A stretch of DNA of 64,000 nt, from the NCBI GenBank assembly GCA_034432495.1, contig DAOUCB010000168.1, positions 5,527 to 69,526 on the forward strand. The letters are read 5' to 3'. Made by a program: the position numbers and the translations under genes. The notes under the pieces were generated by a model that was not told the origin of the DNA, did no database searches, and saw only the letters and a program-made list of their open reading frames with translations. How positions within the stretch are numbered: the stretch's first letter is position 1; every line of letters starts with the position of its first letter. This stretch comes from Anaerolineae bacterium (lineage in GTDB: Bacteria > Chloroflexota > Anaerolineae > Aggregatilineales > Phototrophicaceae). Positions 1 through 9,195 of the stretch are shown here, piece by piece.

Positions 1-864
1 CGCTATTCAGGCGGCGGCACGTCGATTGCCCAGCAAATGGCGATGGATCTCACTGGTCAGCCGTTCCCTGAATTCGTACGTGAATGGGCGTTGGAGCCGT
101 TAGGGATGACGCGCAGCCTCTTTCAGCATCCGCTCTCGCCACAGCACCACGACAACGCCGCAAGGGGGCATTATTACACGGGCGCGCTGGTTGAAGGCAA
201 CTGGCACACATATCCTGAACTTGCCGCCGCTGGCATGTGGACGACACCTTCGGACGTTGCAAGGTTTGCGCTGGCGCTCCAGGCAGCGTATCAGGGAAAG
301 CCGGGGGTGATCTCAAAGCAGGTCGCGGATTGGATGCTGACGGAGGTCATCGCCGCCGAAACCTACAGCCTGGGCATGGGGCTGTTCCTGTTCCAGCGCG
401 ACCATTCCGCCCGCTTCGCACATGGCGGCGACAATGTCGGCTACAAGAATGACTTCTACGCTTACTACACAGGCGGTGATCAGGGCGCAGTCGTCATGAC
501 CAATGGCGACCAGGGTGGTACGCTCCTTGAAGAAATCTTCGGCAGTATCGCCAGAGTCTATGACTGGCCGGATTACTTCCCTCAAGCAGCGCAGCGCGAA
601 ATCGACGTGACGACGCCGTACAGCGCATATACAGGCAGCTATCGCGTCGGCGAACTGGCGCTGGTCATCGCACTGACGGGCAGCCAACTCCTGCTGCTGA
701 GAGGAGGGCAAAATCCGCTGGAACTGCGACCACTCGCCAATGGCAAATTTCAAGTTCAGGGGTTGAATGCCGCCGTCGCCTTTGAACACCTCGGCGATGG
801 TCACATTTCCGGCCTCGTTTTTGAGCAGAACGGGCGCAGCCTCAAAGCCACACGACTCGGCTGA
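1..864 (+). CDS. serine hydrolase / beta-lactamase-family protein, C-terminal part (5' end lies outside the window)
   Basis: Frame 1 is open from base 1 (RYSGGGTSIAQQMAMDL...), so the Met at 37 is internal. The sequence resembles the C-terminal half of class-C beta-lactamase-like esterases (HGGDNVGY). The catalytic SxxK region is not in the window. Confidence 0.65.
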   Translation, partial: RYSGGGTSIAQQMAMDLTGQPFPEFVREWALEPLGMTRSLFQHPLSPQHHDNAARGHYYTGALVEGNWHTYPELAAAGMWTTPSDVARFALALQAAYQGKPGVISKQVADWMLTEVIAAETYSLGMGLFLFQRDHSARFAHGGDNVGYKNDFYAYYTGGDQGAVVMTNGDQGGTLLEEIFGSIARVYDWPDYFPQAAQREIDVTTPYSAYTGSYRVGELALVIALTGSQLLLLRGGQNPLELRPLANGKFQVQGLNAAVAFEHLGDGHISGLVFEQNGRSLKATRLG

Positions 865-872
865 CTAAAATT

Positions 873-897
873 CCGGGCAGCGCAATGCGCTGCCCGG
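873..897. terminator. GC-rich palindromic hairpin between convergent genes (bidirectional terminator candidate)
   Basis: CCGGGCAGCG-caatg-CGCTGCCCGG, a perfect 10-bp stem. It sits between the stop at 864 (+) and the stop at 907 (-). AATTTTA follows on the minus strand. Confidence 0.5.
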
Positions 898-906
898 CGC
901 AAAAAT

Positions 907-2412
907 CTACTCGTGTTCCTGCGCAAACGTCGCGTCTTCGAGCGTGCGCTGGGGGCTGGCTGGGGTCATTTTCGCCAGCGATGTGATGCCAAACAGCTTG
1001 CCGATATAACTTCCCGGCTGATCATAGGCTTCGAACGACGTGGCGCTGCTGTCCGCCAGCCCCGGTCGCAGCCACCAGGTCGCCTCGGCAGCGAACGCTT
1101 CCGAGCTGTCATCCTGCATCAGCATAATCGCGTTGTTCTGGTGGCGTAAGTAAAAGCCGGGGAAATTGACCGACTCAATCGAAGTTGCCGACGCATCCGC
1201 CAGCCCCGGAACAAAAACGAACTGCGCATCTGCAAGCGGCGTCGGGGCGAAATCGACCCGCACCTGCAAATTATCGTGACGCAGATAGGCGTCGGTGAAG
1301 CCGAAGGCTTTGAGGCGTATAATCGACTCTGGTGGGAAGGCTGGCAGCGGCTCGATTCCGCTGTCGCCCGACGGCGCGGTGATGTCTTCGCCTGTTGAGA
1401 CCGGGATGCCGAAATTGGGCGTGCCATCGGCGTTCCATGTAAATTTCTGGACGCGGGTGGTACGAGTGTCGCCGCAGCCCTGCATGGCTGAATCGTTGGC
1501 ATGATAGACAATCCAGTCTTCTGTGCCGTCCGGCGACTTAAAGAAACCATTATGACCAGGGCCGTAGACGCCGTTGGCATCCGAGCGCTGAAACACGGGT
1601 TCGGGGTTCTTCACCCATGAATTTCCGCTGAGCGGATCGCCGCCGTTGTAGGTCAGCATCCCCAGTTTGTAATCGGGCGTGTTGCAATAGCTGGCGGAAT
1701 AAATGATGAAGGTCTTGTCGTCATGCTGGAGCGCGACCGGCCCCTCATTCACCCACAGACCAACTTTCTCCCAGTCATACTGCGACCGCGAAATCCGCGT
1801 GTGCTTGCCACTCAGCGTCCAGGGGTTGCTCATCGGCGCGATGAACAGCGCCTGAAAATTCCCCTCCCAGGTCGAGGACAGGAAATAGAGCGAACCGTCC
1901 AGCGTCATGACGCTGCCGTCAATCGACCAGACATCGTTCTGTGGATCGTAGAGTTTGCCCTTGAACGTGTACGGCCCCATCGGATCGGTTCCCGCGCTTT
2001 CGAGCACATAGGAGCGCTGGTTATCGAGTGTCCCCGCTGTGCCTGCCGTGTAATAGAAATACCAGCGCAGGCCATCTGGCCCGTCGAGCAAATCAAATTC
2101 CGGTGCCCACATATTGCAGCAGCGCGACTCGTCAGTTTCATAATAGATCGTCACGGGCGTCGCGACTTTCAACCCGGCCAGCGACGGAGACTTGCGCATC
2201 GTCAGCACTGAAGTTCCGGTGGTTGTGGCGAGATAATAGTTACCCTCGTAGTACGTCAGCCAGGGATCCGGCCCCATATCATTGAGCGGATTGCGCAGCG
2301 TCCCGGCGGGTTCCGGCGTTTCCGTACTGGACTGCGCTTGTCCGATGACGACCGTGAACAGGACAAGGAGCAGCACAAACCCATAGTTGAGCCAGCGAAA
2401 ATGATTTTTCAT
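907..2412 (-). CDS. secreted GH43-family glycoside hydrolase with C-terminal AbfB/CBM42-like arabinose-binding domain
   Basis: N-terminal signal-like segment (MKNHFRWLNYGFVLLLVLFTVVIGQAQS). GH43-like core (NPLNDMGPDPWLTYYEGNYYLATTTG). C-terminal duplicated YLRHDNLQVRVD / FYLRHQNNAIML motifs typical of the AbfB domain. Sits next to a GH51 gene. Confidence 0.8.
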   Translation of the reverse strand: MKNHFRWLNYGFVLLLVLFTVVIGQAQSSTETPEPAGTLRNPLNDMGPDPWLTYYEGNYYLATTTGTSVLTMRKSPSLAGLKVATPVTIYYETDESRCCNMWAPEFDLLDGPDGLRWYFYYTAGTAGTLDNQRSYVLESAGTDPMGPYTFKGKLYDPQNDVWSIDGSVMTLDGSLYFLSSTWEGNFQALFIAPMSNPWTLSGKHTRISRSQYDWEKVGLWVNEGPVALQHDDKTFIIYSASYCNTPDYKLGMLTYNGGDPLSGNSWVKNPEPVFQRSDANGVYGPGHNGFFKSPDGTEDWIVYHANDSAMQGCGDTRTTRVQKFTWNADGTPNFGIPVSTGEDITAPSGDSGIEPLPAFPPESIIRLKAFGFTDAYLRHDNLQVRVDFAPTPLADAQFVFVPGLADASATSIESVNFPGFYLRHQNNAIMLMQDDSSEAFAAEATWWLRPGLADSSATSFEAYDQPGSYIGKLFGITSLAKMTPASPQRTLEDATFAQEHE

Positions 2413-2511
2413 GCAACTTACTCCATAGACGGCACTTGATTCAGAGGGAAAAGCCGGGGATGGAAGGTAGGGGGTGAGTTACACCCCCTACGGGGATCAT
2501 TGACCCGCGAT

Positions 2512-4026
2512 TTACAGCGTGACTTCGACGGCGGTGAACGAGAGCGGCGGCAGCGTGATCGAGGCGGTCTGCCCATCAAGCTTCGGTGCAGCGACCTGCG
2601 TCGCAACAATCTGGTTCGGGTTCTCGAAACTGTTGGCGGCTTTGGGATCAGTTCCCGCGACCTGATGGACGGTTCCGATGTTCTTGGGCGCGCGATCCTG
2701 CCAGTGCAGATCGACCGTCAGACTGTCAGTCTGGCTGCGGTTCACCAGGAAAATCGCGCTCGCGCCGCTGGCTTCGTCATAGGACGCAGACACATCGATC
2801 AGCGGCATATCGCCAAATTTCGCGGTCTCGTGCATGGGCGCTTTTACGGCGACATCGAGCGACGCGCCCGCCGCCAGCCGACTGAAAATCATGAAAGGAT
2901 AGTAGATCGACTGCTTGAGCAGCGCATCTTTGGTCGTCAGAATCGGCGCAATCACGTTGACTACCTGCGCGAGGCAGGCGATCTTCAAAACATCCGCTTT
3001 GCGCAGGAAAACGTTCATCCACTGCGCGACAACCAGTGCATCTTCAAGGTTGTAAACTTCCTCGATCAGGTGCGGCGCTTCTGTCCACGCACCCTCGACG
3101 TGCCGTCCCAGACGCGCCTTGTACCACACATTCCACTCGTCCCATTGCAGGAAAACGTCATGATTGGAGCGATTCTTCGCTTTGACGTAGCGCAGCACAC
3201 CACTCAGCGTATCGACAAAGGCTTCCAGTTCGGCGCTGAGCGCGAGGAAGCTGGTCGTGTCGTCATCGACGTTGCTTGCGTAGTAGTGCATCGAGTGGTA
3301 GTTGACCACATCCCAGCAGCGTTCGAGCACCACGCGATCCCATTCAGGATAGGTTGGCATGGTTGCATTCGACGAGCCGCACGACACCAGTTGGATCGAC
3401 GGGTCATGCCAGCGCATCATTTTGGCAGCTTCGCGCGCCTTCTTGCCGTAGTCATCCGCTTCCAGATGACCGATTTGCCAGGGGCCGTCCATCTCGTTGC
3501 CGATGCACCAGTATTTGACGCCATATGGGTCGTGATAGCCATGCGAAGCACGCAAATCGGCGTACTGGGTGCCGACCGGAGCGTTGCAGTATTCAACCAG
3601 ATTGGCGGCGTCCTGAATCGATGCCGTCCCCATGTTGACTGCCAGCATCGGTGCGGTGTTGATGGCCTTGCAGTATTCGATGAATTCGTTCGTGCCGAAC
3701 TGGTTGGTTTCAGTCGATTGCCAGGCCAGGTCACGACGGCGCGGACGCTTATCTTTCGGACCGACGCCATCTTCCCAACGATACCCGCTCAGGAAGTTGC
3801 CGCCGGGATAGCGCATCGCCCGAAAATTGAGTTCGCGCAGCGCGGCAATGACATCCGTTCGCAGGCCATTGGCGTCGGCGTGCGGCGACCCCGGCTCGTA
3901 AATCCCCTCATATATGGAGCGCCCCATATGCTCGGCGAAGCCGCTAAACATCAGCGGCGAAATCGGGCTAATGGTGCGATTCGTGTCCAGATAGACATGC
4001 GCTTTCGTAGATTGGGAAGCAGACAT
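2512..4026 (-). CDS. abfA: alpha-L-arabinofuranosidase, GH51
   Basis: 504 aa with hallmark GH51 stretches: [19 protein letters not shown], and [15 protein letters not shown] (acid/base Glu in the GNEMDG context). Typical length for the family. Confidence 0.9.
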   Translation of the reverse strand: MSASQSTKAHVYLDTNRTISPISPLMFSGFAEHMGRSIYEGIYEPGSPHADANGLRTDVIAALRELNFRAMRYPGGNFLSGYRWEDGVGPKDKRPRRRDLAWQSTETNQFGTNEFIEYCKAINTAPMLAVNMGTASIQDAANLVEYCNAPVGTQYADLRASHGYHDPYGVKYWCIGNEMDGPWQIGHLEADDYGKKAREAAKMMRWHDPSIQLVSCGSSNATMPTYPEWDRVVLERCWDVVNYHSMHYYASNVDDDTTSFLALSAELEAFVDTLSGVLRYVKAKNRSNHDVFLQWDEWNVWYKARLGRHVEGAWTEAPHLIEEVYNLEDALVVAQWMNVFLRKADVLKIACLAQVVNVIAPILTTKDALLKQSIYYPFMIFSRLAAGASLDVAVKAPMHETAKFGDMPLIDVSASYDEASGASAIFLVNRSQTDSLTVDLHWQDRAPKNIGTVHQVAGTDPKAANSFENPNQIVATQVAAPKLDGQTASITLPPLSFTAVEVTL

Positions 4027-4177
4027 CAGCTAGCACCTCGTGAGCATCAAGTAAAATAGCAGGTGATCAACAAACACAAACCCTTCAGGATCATTTTCAC
4101 GATCCTGCTTCATACCTATTCCTGATGAATACTCCCCGCCAAAATCTTAACCCAGGCGCGGGGAGCTATATCCTAAT

Positions 4178-5023
4178 TTAGCGTCCACCCATGCCGGTCA
4201 TGGTGACACCGCGAATAATTCGGCGCTGGAAAATGACGTAGAAAATCACAATCGGAATGGTTGCGAAGACCGCTCCTGCTAACACCATCGGGCGATCCTG
4301 GCCTGCGTAGGACGAGTTCAGAAGCTGCAAACCGACTGGAAGCGTGCGCATATCCAGGCTGTTCATGGTGATGAAGGGCCAGAGCAAATCGTTGTAATGT
4401 CCCAGAAACACCAGAATCCCCAGCGCTGTGACGGCGTTCATCGACAGCGGCAAAACGACATGCCAGAAGCGTCCCCAATAGGTCGCGCCGTCCAGAATAG
4501 CCGCTTCTTCGAGTTCCTGCGGAATCTGCTGGAAAAACTGGCGCAGCAGAAACACGCCGAACACATTTGCCGCGCCCGGCCAGATGAGTGCATTGAAGGT
4601 GTCGAGGAATTTCAAATCGCGCATCAGCAGAAAGTTGGGGATCAGTGTCACCTGCGACGGGATCATCACTGTGAGCAGAAGCAGGCCGAACAGAAGATTG
4701 CGACCGGGAAACTTCAGCCGCGCAAAGGCATAAGCCGCCGGAGTGCAAATGGCAATCACCGCGAAGGTATAGGCCGATGCCGCGTAAATACTGTTCGCAA
4801 GCCACCGCACCAGTCTCAGGTCAGCCTGAGTGAAGGCTTTGTTATAAGAGTCAAACGTTGGTGTCAGCGTGATGATCGGCGGCGGCCAGCGCAGCACTTC
4901 CTGGTTCGTCATCAGCGACTGCGAGAAGATAATCACCAGCGGGAACAGGACAAACAGTCCCATAATAATCAGGAAAATATACGTCCACATATTCCGGTAA
5001 AGATGGCTTTCGCGAATATTCAT
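4178..5023 (-). CDS. carbohydrate ABC transporter permease (MalG-like)
   Basis: Multiple hydrophobic helices and an EAA loop (ELEEAAILDGATYWGRFWHVVLPL). Lies 16 bp downstream of the partner permease gene. Confidence 0.9.
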   Translation of the reverse strand: MNIRESHLYRNMWTYIFLIIMGLFVLFPLVIIFSQSLMTNQEVLRWPPPIITLTPTFDSYNKAFTQADLRLVRWLANSIYAASAYTFAVIAICTPAAYAFARLKFPGRNLLFGLLLLTVMIPSQVTLIPNFLLMRDLKFLDTFNALIWPGAANVFGVFLLRQFFQQIPQELEEAAILDGATYWGRFWHVVLPLSMNAVTALGILVFLGHYNDLLWPFITMNSLDMRTLPVGLQLLNSSYAGQDRPMVLAGAVFATIPIVIFYVIFQRRIIRGVTMTGMGGR

Positions 5024-5039
5024 CTCAGCATTCCTTCAA

Positions 5040-5975
5040 TCAATAATCCACGCGCTGGCCGAGGAATCTAAACTGAATGGCGGTGAAGAGGCCCATAATC
5101 AGCGCCAGCACGACCGCTACCGCTGCGCCATAGCCCATGCGGAACGTACGCCATGCAATCTGATAGAGGTAAAAGATGACGGTGTAAGATGCGCGACCCG
5201 GCCCGCCGGTAGTCATAATGAAAGGCTGACCAAACACCTGGAACTGCGCGATCACCCCTGTAACCGTCACAAACAACATCGTGGGACGCAGCAAAGGCAG
5301 CGTGATATAGAAGAACGCCTGACGACTATTGGCACCGTCAATTTTGGCAGCCTCGTAAAGATGTTCGGGGATGCCCTGCAAACCCGCGATAAAGATCAGC
5401 ATTGGGAAGCCGAAGCCCCACCAAATCGTTGTCAAACTTAGGGCGGGAATGACGAGATTCTCATCACCCAGCCAGTTAATCGGATGGATACCTAGAAAAC
5501 TCAGCCCATAATTGATGACGCCGAACTGCGTGCTCAGTAACCACACCCACACGAGGCCGACCACGCCGACCGAAAGCAACTGCGGCATGTAAAGCAGCAC
5601 GCGAAAGAAACCGACGCCTCTGGCTTTTTGCGTCACTGCCACAGCGCACACTAACGCAACCACGGTCGTGCCGAGTACCGTCAGCACCGTGAAAATAATC
5701 GTGTTTTTGACGGCGATCCACCAGACATAGTCGCCAAGAAGCTCAGCATAATTCGCCAGCCCGACATAAGGATGCACCGGCTTCAGAATTTGCCAGTCAT
5801 AAAAGCTCATGTTGACGGCCTGGACGACGGCTCTGACGACGAATACCAGGAAGAAAATTAAGAAGGGAGCCAGAAACAGATAACCCGCAATCGCTTCACG
5901 GGTACGAAGTTGTATTTGAAATGGACGCCGTTTGGAAACAGCGGCTTCCGACGTTGTTGCAGCAGTTTCTGACAT
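5040..5975 (-). CDS. carbohydrate ABC transporter permease (MalF-like)
   Basis: Polytopic membrane protein with an EAA loop (LYEAAKIDGANSRQAFFYITLPLL). Operon context with the SBP and second permease. Confidence 0.9.
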   Translation of the reverse strand: MSETAATTSEAAVSKRRPFQIQLRTREAIAGYLFLAPFLIFFLVFVVRAVVQAVNMSFYDWQILKPVHPYVGLANYAELLGDYVWWIAVKNTIIFTVLTVLGTTVVALVCAVAVTQKARGVGFFRVLLYMPQLLSVGVVGLVWVWLLSTQFGVINYGLSFLGIHPINWLGDENLVIPALSLTTIWWGFGFPMLIFIAGLQGIPEHLYEAAKIDGANSRQAFFYITLPLLRPTMLFVTVTGVIAQFQVFGQPFIMTTGGPGRASYTVIFYLYQIAWRTFRMGYGAAVAVVLALIMGLFTAIQFRFLGQRVDY

Positions 5976-6207
5976 ATTAGGTATCCCTCAAGGAACATTC
6001 TGGCTACAAATGTGCCACCATTAAATTTTTATGGCTCTATTGGACAAATACTTCTGCTAAATACTCTAACATCACAATAAAAACTGGCAACTAACATCAG
6101 CAAGAATCTTTATTCGGTGTTGTAAAAAATAGTTTCTTCAATAAGGCTGTGGAGGCGAGCGAATCGCCCGCCCCCACAGTCGATTTAGCGTGAAACCTGG
6201 CTAAAGA

Positions 6208-7572
6208 TCAGCCACCAGCCGCAACGCGATCCAGAGCCTGCTGCATACGGGCTGCTGCATCGTCGAGCGCCTGCTTGGCGGACTTCTGGTTGTTCAGCGC
6301 TGCGCTCAGTTCAGGGTCAATCGCCGTGAACAGCTCCAGCAGCGTCGGGCTTGACCAGTCGAGCGTACCGTATTCGGCCATCGTCTTGCCGATGATAATG
6401 TTGGACGAGTAGGTCGCAGGATCGAGGCTAGCCTGAACCGAGAGGCGTGCCGGAACCTGACCGGAAGCCGCCCAGCCCTTCTGATTTTCGCTGAACCACT
6501 GAATCAGGGTCTTGTCCGCCGCCAGTTGATCACCCGTTGCGGTGGAAGGAACCATGAAGGTATGGATACCCATATAGGTAGACTTTGTGGGGCCAAATTG
6601 GACAGTCGGCCAGACTTCGGACTGAATGTCGGTGTCCAGGTTAGCCTGGTTGTGGAACCACGTGCCGGTCGGCAGAATGGCGAGCGCGCCAGCGGCGTAA
6701 GCGCCCCAGCTATCGAAACCAGCTTCAGGCGGCGAGACGTGATACTTGTAGACCAGGTCGACCCACTGCTGAAGCGCCGTGACACCGGCATCCGAATTGA
6801 TGGTGACGGTCTTGCCGTCATCGCTGATCCAGCTTCCACCGTTCTGTACCAGGGCAGCCATGAAGTTGACGCGCGGCCATTCGCTGACCGTGAAGCCCCA
6901 CTGCACGACATTTTCGGGGTCAAAAGCGGGGTCGGCGGCATTCTTGCCGTTCTTGTCGAGCGTCAGTTTCTGCAACAGAGCGACCCAGTCTTCGTAGTTG
7001 GTCGGCTCTTCCATGTTGGGGTCAACACCAGCCTTTTCGAAGGCATTCTTGCTAATCCACAGACCACGACCATGATTGTCCAGCGGAATACCATAGGCCA
7101 CGCCCTGATAATCCATGCCGTCACGGGTAATCTGCGAAATATCGTCAACCGGGAAGAAGCCACCCTTGTCCGAGTACCAATCGCTCAGATCCGCCAACAC
7201 GCCGTAGCTGGCGAACTGCGGAATTTGAGCCGAATGGAGAAGGATGAGATCCGGGGGGGTACCGGCGACGAATGCCGTTTGGAGTTTCGGATACAGCGTA
7301 TCCCAGGGGATTTCTTCCACCGTGACCGAGATCTCCGGATGGGCTTTACTGAATTCTCCCAGCATATCGTTAAACGTTGCACCGTCGGAGCCAGTCAAAC
7401 CATTCCAGAAGGAAATGTGGGTACCGCCGCTACCGAAATCAATCGCCGGAACATCCGTCGGCGTCGGCAGCGGGGCGGGGGTCGCGTCTTGCGCGAAGGT
7501 CGCGCCGACGGAGAGGGTCAGCCCCAGAATCGCGGCAGCGGCTGCACCTGCTAAAGTTGAACGCTTGAACAT
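6208..7572 (-). CDS. extracellular sugar-binding protein (family-1 SBP) of the arabino-oligosaccharide ABC system
   Basis: Signal peptide (MFKRSTLAGAAAAAILGLTLSVGATFAQ) followed by a Pro/Thr linker. About 450 aa, typical of sugar SBPs. First gene of the SBP-permease-permease-GH51-GH43 minus-strand string. Confidence 0.85.
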   Translation of the reverse strand: MFKRSTLAGAAAAAILGLTLSVGATFAQDATPAPLPTPTDVPAIDFGSGGTHISFWNGLTGSDGATFNDMLGEFSKAHPEISVTVEEIPWDTLYPKLQTAFVAGTPPDLILLHSAQIPQFASYGVLADLSDWYSDKGGFFPVDDISQITRDGMDYQGVAYGIPLDNHGRGLWISKNAFEKAGVDPNMEEPTNYEDWVALLQKLTLDKNGKNAADPAFDPENVVQWGFTVSEWPRVNFMAALVQNGGSWISDDGKTVTINSDAGVTALQQWVDLVYKYHVSPPEAGFDSWGAYAAGALAILPTGTWFHNQANLDTDIQSEVWPTVQFGPTKSTYMGIHTFMVPSTATGDQLAADKTLIQWFSENQKGWAASGQVPARLSVQASLDPATYSSNIIIGKTMAEYGTLDWSSPTLLELFTAIDPELSAALNNQKSAKQALDDAAARMQQALDRVAAGG

Positions 7573-7924
7573 TTTTAACTCCTCATCAAATAACGAATTC
7601 AGAACTCACGACCGGATTTCATGTTTTAAATTGGGACGGAACCGTTCGAAGGAACAAAGGCAAGCGCCCAAAAGCGCCCGCCCGCAACGAAAGTTGCGTC
7701 GCGGTGCTGTCACCCCCTTTCGTGGAATTTACGGACTTCAAGACGAGGCATAACTGCAAGCAAACAGGGCATCATGCCAGAAACAGGAGCATAAGCCGCG
7801 CCCCCGGAGGAAGGTATCGATTGTTGGGAACCCAGGAGAACACAAATTTGTTGGTGGACTTGCTTACTTCGGCTAGACATAGAGTTCTTTTCGCAAAATA
7901 ACAATAACAGTGGTAAAAGAATTG

Positions 7925-7938
7925 TGTATTCGAATGCA
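7925..7938. promoter_or_regulatory. LacI-family operator candidate 1 (TGTATTCGAATGCA)
   Basis: 14-bp near-perfect palindrome (6 of 7 pairs) with central CG, as in LacI/GalR operators. Lies just downstream of the predicted minus-strand -10 element. Confidence 0.55.
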
Positions 7939-7948
7939 CGTTATATCG

Positions 7949-7962
7949 TGTATTCGTATGCA
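7949..7962. promoter_or_regulatory. LacI-family operator candidate 2 (TGTATTCGTATGCA)
   Basis: Second copy of the same 14-mer (one substitution), 24 bp centre-to-centre from copy 1. Lies between the predicted -10 and copy 1. Confidence 0.5.
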
Positions 7963-7971
7963 TAGAACCGG

Positions 7972-8000
7972 AATTTAACATGGGCTTGCAATTGTGTCAA
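7972..8000 (-). promoter_or_regulatory. sigma70-type promoter for the arabinan-utilisation ABC operon
   Basis: Minus strand reads TTGACA - 17 nt (caattgcaagcccatgt) - TAAATT. The two operator palindromes follow immediately. Confidence 0.55.
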
Positions 8001-8047
8001 GAAGTCATCTGCTTTTGGCGAAAATTCACAATTCACAAAGCTCCGGC

Positions 8048-8077
8048 TTGAGCCATCATCTTATGAACATCTATAAC
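8048..8077 (+). promoter_or_regulatory. possible promoter of the LacI-family regulator gene
   Basis: TTGAGC - 18 nt - TATAAC, about 35 bp upstream of the ATG at 8113. Weaker match than the divergent promoter. Confidence 0.3.
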
Positions 8078-8112
8078 TTATGTTTCCTGCCTAAAAGGTG
8101 ATTAAGCAAATA

Positions 8113-9132
8113 ATGAAACGCAAGCGCCCAACCATGTATGACGTCGCCAAACTCGCAGGCGTGTCGCAGCCAACCGTCTCACGGGTGCTCTACCGCACCG
8201 AAACGACAGCGCAAATCAGCGACGAAACCAGCCAGCGCGTTCTCGCCGCCGTTGATGAATTGGGCTACCGACCCAATACCATCGCGCGCAGCCTGCGCAC
8301 ACAGCGAACGCAAACCATCGCCCTCTTGATCGCCGACATATCCAACGGTTTCTACCATGTCGTTGCCCGTGCGGTTCAGGATGTGGCGCGACGGCACGAT
8401 TACGAAGTCCTGATTTCAAACAGCGATCACATTTACGAAAACGAAAAACATTTTTGCGAGATTGTTCTGGGACGTGGCGTCGATGGCGTGATTATGGTTC
8501 CCATCCGTCTGACCAATGCCGATTTCGAGCATTACGTTTCACAGACGCACATCCCATTCGTCGTGCTGGCTGAATACGTGACCCACCCGAATATCGATGT
8601 GGTGTTTCTCAACGATGAACGTGCCACCTATGAAGCTACCCAGTGGTTGATCCGCGAGTGTGGGCATAAGAAACTCGGTTATATCGGCGTCGCCGACTTT
8701 TATCCGCCGGGGCCGCGCCGCTTTCGCGGTTTCAGCCGCGCCCTTAACGAAGCGAACCTCCCGATTGAGCCGCGTTTCTTGCTGGAAGGCGATTTTTCGG
8801 TCGAAAGCGGACGTAAAGCCGCCCGCGAACTGATTGAGCGCGGCGACCTGCCAACGGCGTTAGTCGTCGTCAACGACCTGATGGCGATTGGCGTCATCCT
8901 CACGCTTCAGGAAGCAGGCTACAAAGTGCCGGATGATGTTGCCGTGCTGGGCTTCGATAACATCCCTGAAGCGACGATTGTCCGCCCCACCCTGACGACC
9001 ATCGCGCAGGACCCGCGTGACATCGGTGAAAAGATGGCGAAAGCGTTGTTCGAACGCATCGAAAACCCGAACATCTCGGAACGCCGCGTCTTCGAAAGCT
9101 TCTACGAACTCATCCCGCGCGATTCAACCTGA
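8113..9132 (+). CDS. LacI-family transcriptional regulator
   Basis: N-terminal HTH (TMYDVAKLAGVSQPTVSRVL) followed by a periplasmic-binding-protein-like sugar-binding fold. The ORF track starts at GTG 8098. I prefer ATG 8113 (MKRKRPTMYDV) because it is preceded by AAGGTGA. Confidence 0.85.
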   Translation: MKRKRPTMYDVAKLAGVSQPTVSRVLYRTETTAQISDETSQRVLAAVDELGYRPNTIARSLRTQRTQTIALLIADISNGFYHVVARAVQDVARRHDYEVLISNSDHIYENEKHFCEIVLGRGVDGVIMVPIRLTNADFEHYVSQTHIPFVVLAEYVTHPNIDVVFLNDERATYEATQWLIRECGHKKLGYIGVADFYPPGPRRFRGFSRALNEANLPIEPRFLLEGDFSVESGRKAARELIERGDLPTALVVVNDLMAIGVILTLQEAGYKVPDDVAVLGFDNIPEATIVRPTLTTIAQDPRDIGEKMAKALFERIENPNISERRVFESFYELIPRDST

Positions 9133-9195
9133 GCGCGGGCAGGGACAAAGCGCAGTTGCCACGCCTTGCCCCAGTGCACCTCAGCGCTACAGAAA

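Noticed and set aside
2500-4059. 519-aa plus-strand ORF covering the whole GH51 gene
   Set aside because: It is the antisense shadow of a GC-rich gene. It has an Arg/His/Gly-rich composition, no motif and no RBS, whereas the minus-strand frame has unmistakable GH51 signatures.
7683-7698. CGCAAC-GAAA-GTTGCG, a GNRA-tetraloop hairpin in the arabinan leader region
   Set aside because: The GNRA loop is on the plus strand, but the region should be transcribed on the minus strand, where the loop reads UUUC. That is not enough to call an RNA element.
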